Of a stretch of 64,000 nt of DNA, positions 63,959-64,000 are shown piece by piece. A program made the position numbers and the translations under genes. The notes under the pieces were generated by a model. That model saw only the letters and a list, made by a program, of their open reading frames with translations. It was not told the origin of the DNA and searched no databases. Source of the DNA: a virus; the IMG/VR virus record IMGVR_UViG_3300034283_002790, positions 1 to 64,000 of that record; one strand, written 5' to 3'. The stretch's first letter is position 1. Every line of letters begins with the position of its first letter.

Positions 63959-64000
63959 CTCGAAACGAAAATTTTTTTTAAAAACTTTCAACGTAAACTT

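Noticed and set aside
1-64000. Stop-codon reassignment (TAG or TGA recoding), as known in some large phages
   Set aside because: Conserved genes (capsid, portal, terminase, ClpC, WecB) are full length in code 11 and coding density is high, so no fragmentation needs explaining.
61500-64000. Standalone tRNA genes near the tmRNA or inside the large RNA
   Set aside because: No cloverleaf with a GTTCRA T-loop was found by eye; tRNAscan-SE or ARAGORN should confirm.

Overview
AT-rich, gene-dense segment of a large T4-related tailed phage, read in standard genetic code 11. The host is probably Bacteroidota, inferred from TTTG-N20-TAnnTTTG promoters, a Bacteroidota-like ClpC and tmRNA, and bS21. From left to right: (1) minus-strand virion appendage genes, namely a proline-free collagen-like (Gly-X-Y) fibre of at least 1347 aa that the ORF track misses because it runs off the window, a Thr/Pro-rich protein, and a 1774-aa Cys-rich LamG-like/VWA protein; (2) small head-associated ORFs including a standalone WYL protein; (3) an ~18 kb cluster of soluble glycosyltransferases, sugar-nucleotide enzymes and methyltransferases, interleaved with a 3'-5' exonuclease, dUTPase and PhoH; (4) a gp55-like sigma factor, a gp5-like baseplate spike and other structural genes, and an HNH endonuclease; (5) the head module (major capsid, scaffold, prohead protease, portal, large terminase) with an oppositely oriented ribosomal protein bS21; (6) a proteostasis and translation block with a nucleotidyltransferase, KTSC protein, Hsp20, N-domain-less ClpC, OmpA-like protein, M20/M28 peptidase, a tmRNA with an unusual tag, and an ATE/Bpt-like aminoacyl-tRNA-protein transferase; (7) an ~930-nt structured ncRNA, probably GOLLD-like, with an rRNA-leader-like boxB/boxA 5' end. 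The best candidates for an undescribed system are a phage-encoded dual degron-writing and degradation module (N-terminal transferase, tmRNA, Clp unfoldase) and a cytoplasmic virion-glycosylation system acting on Ser/Thr-rich fibres. All family assignments come from motif recognition by eye; no database searches were run.
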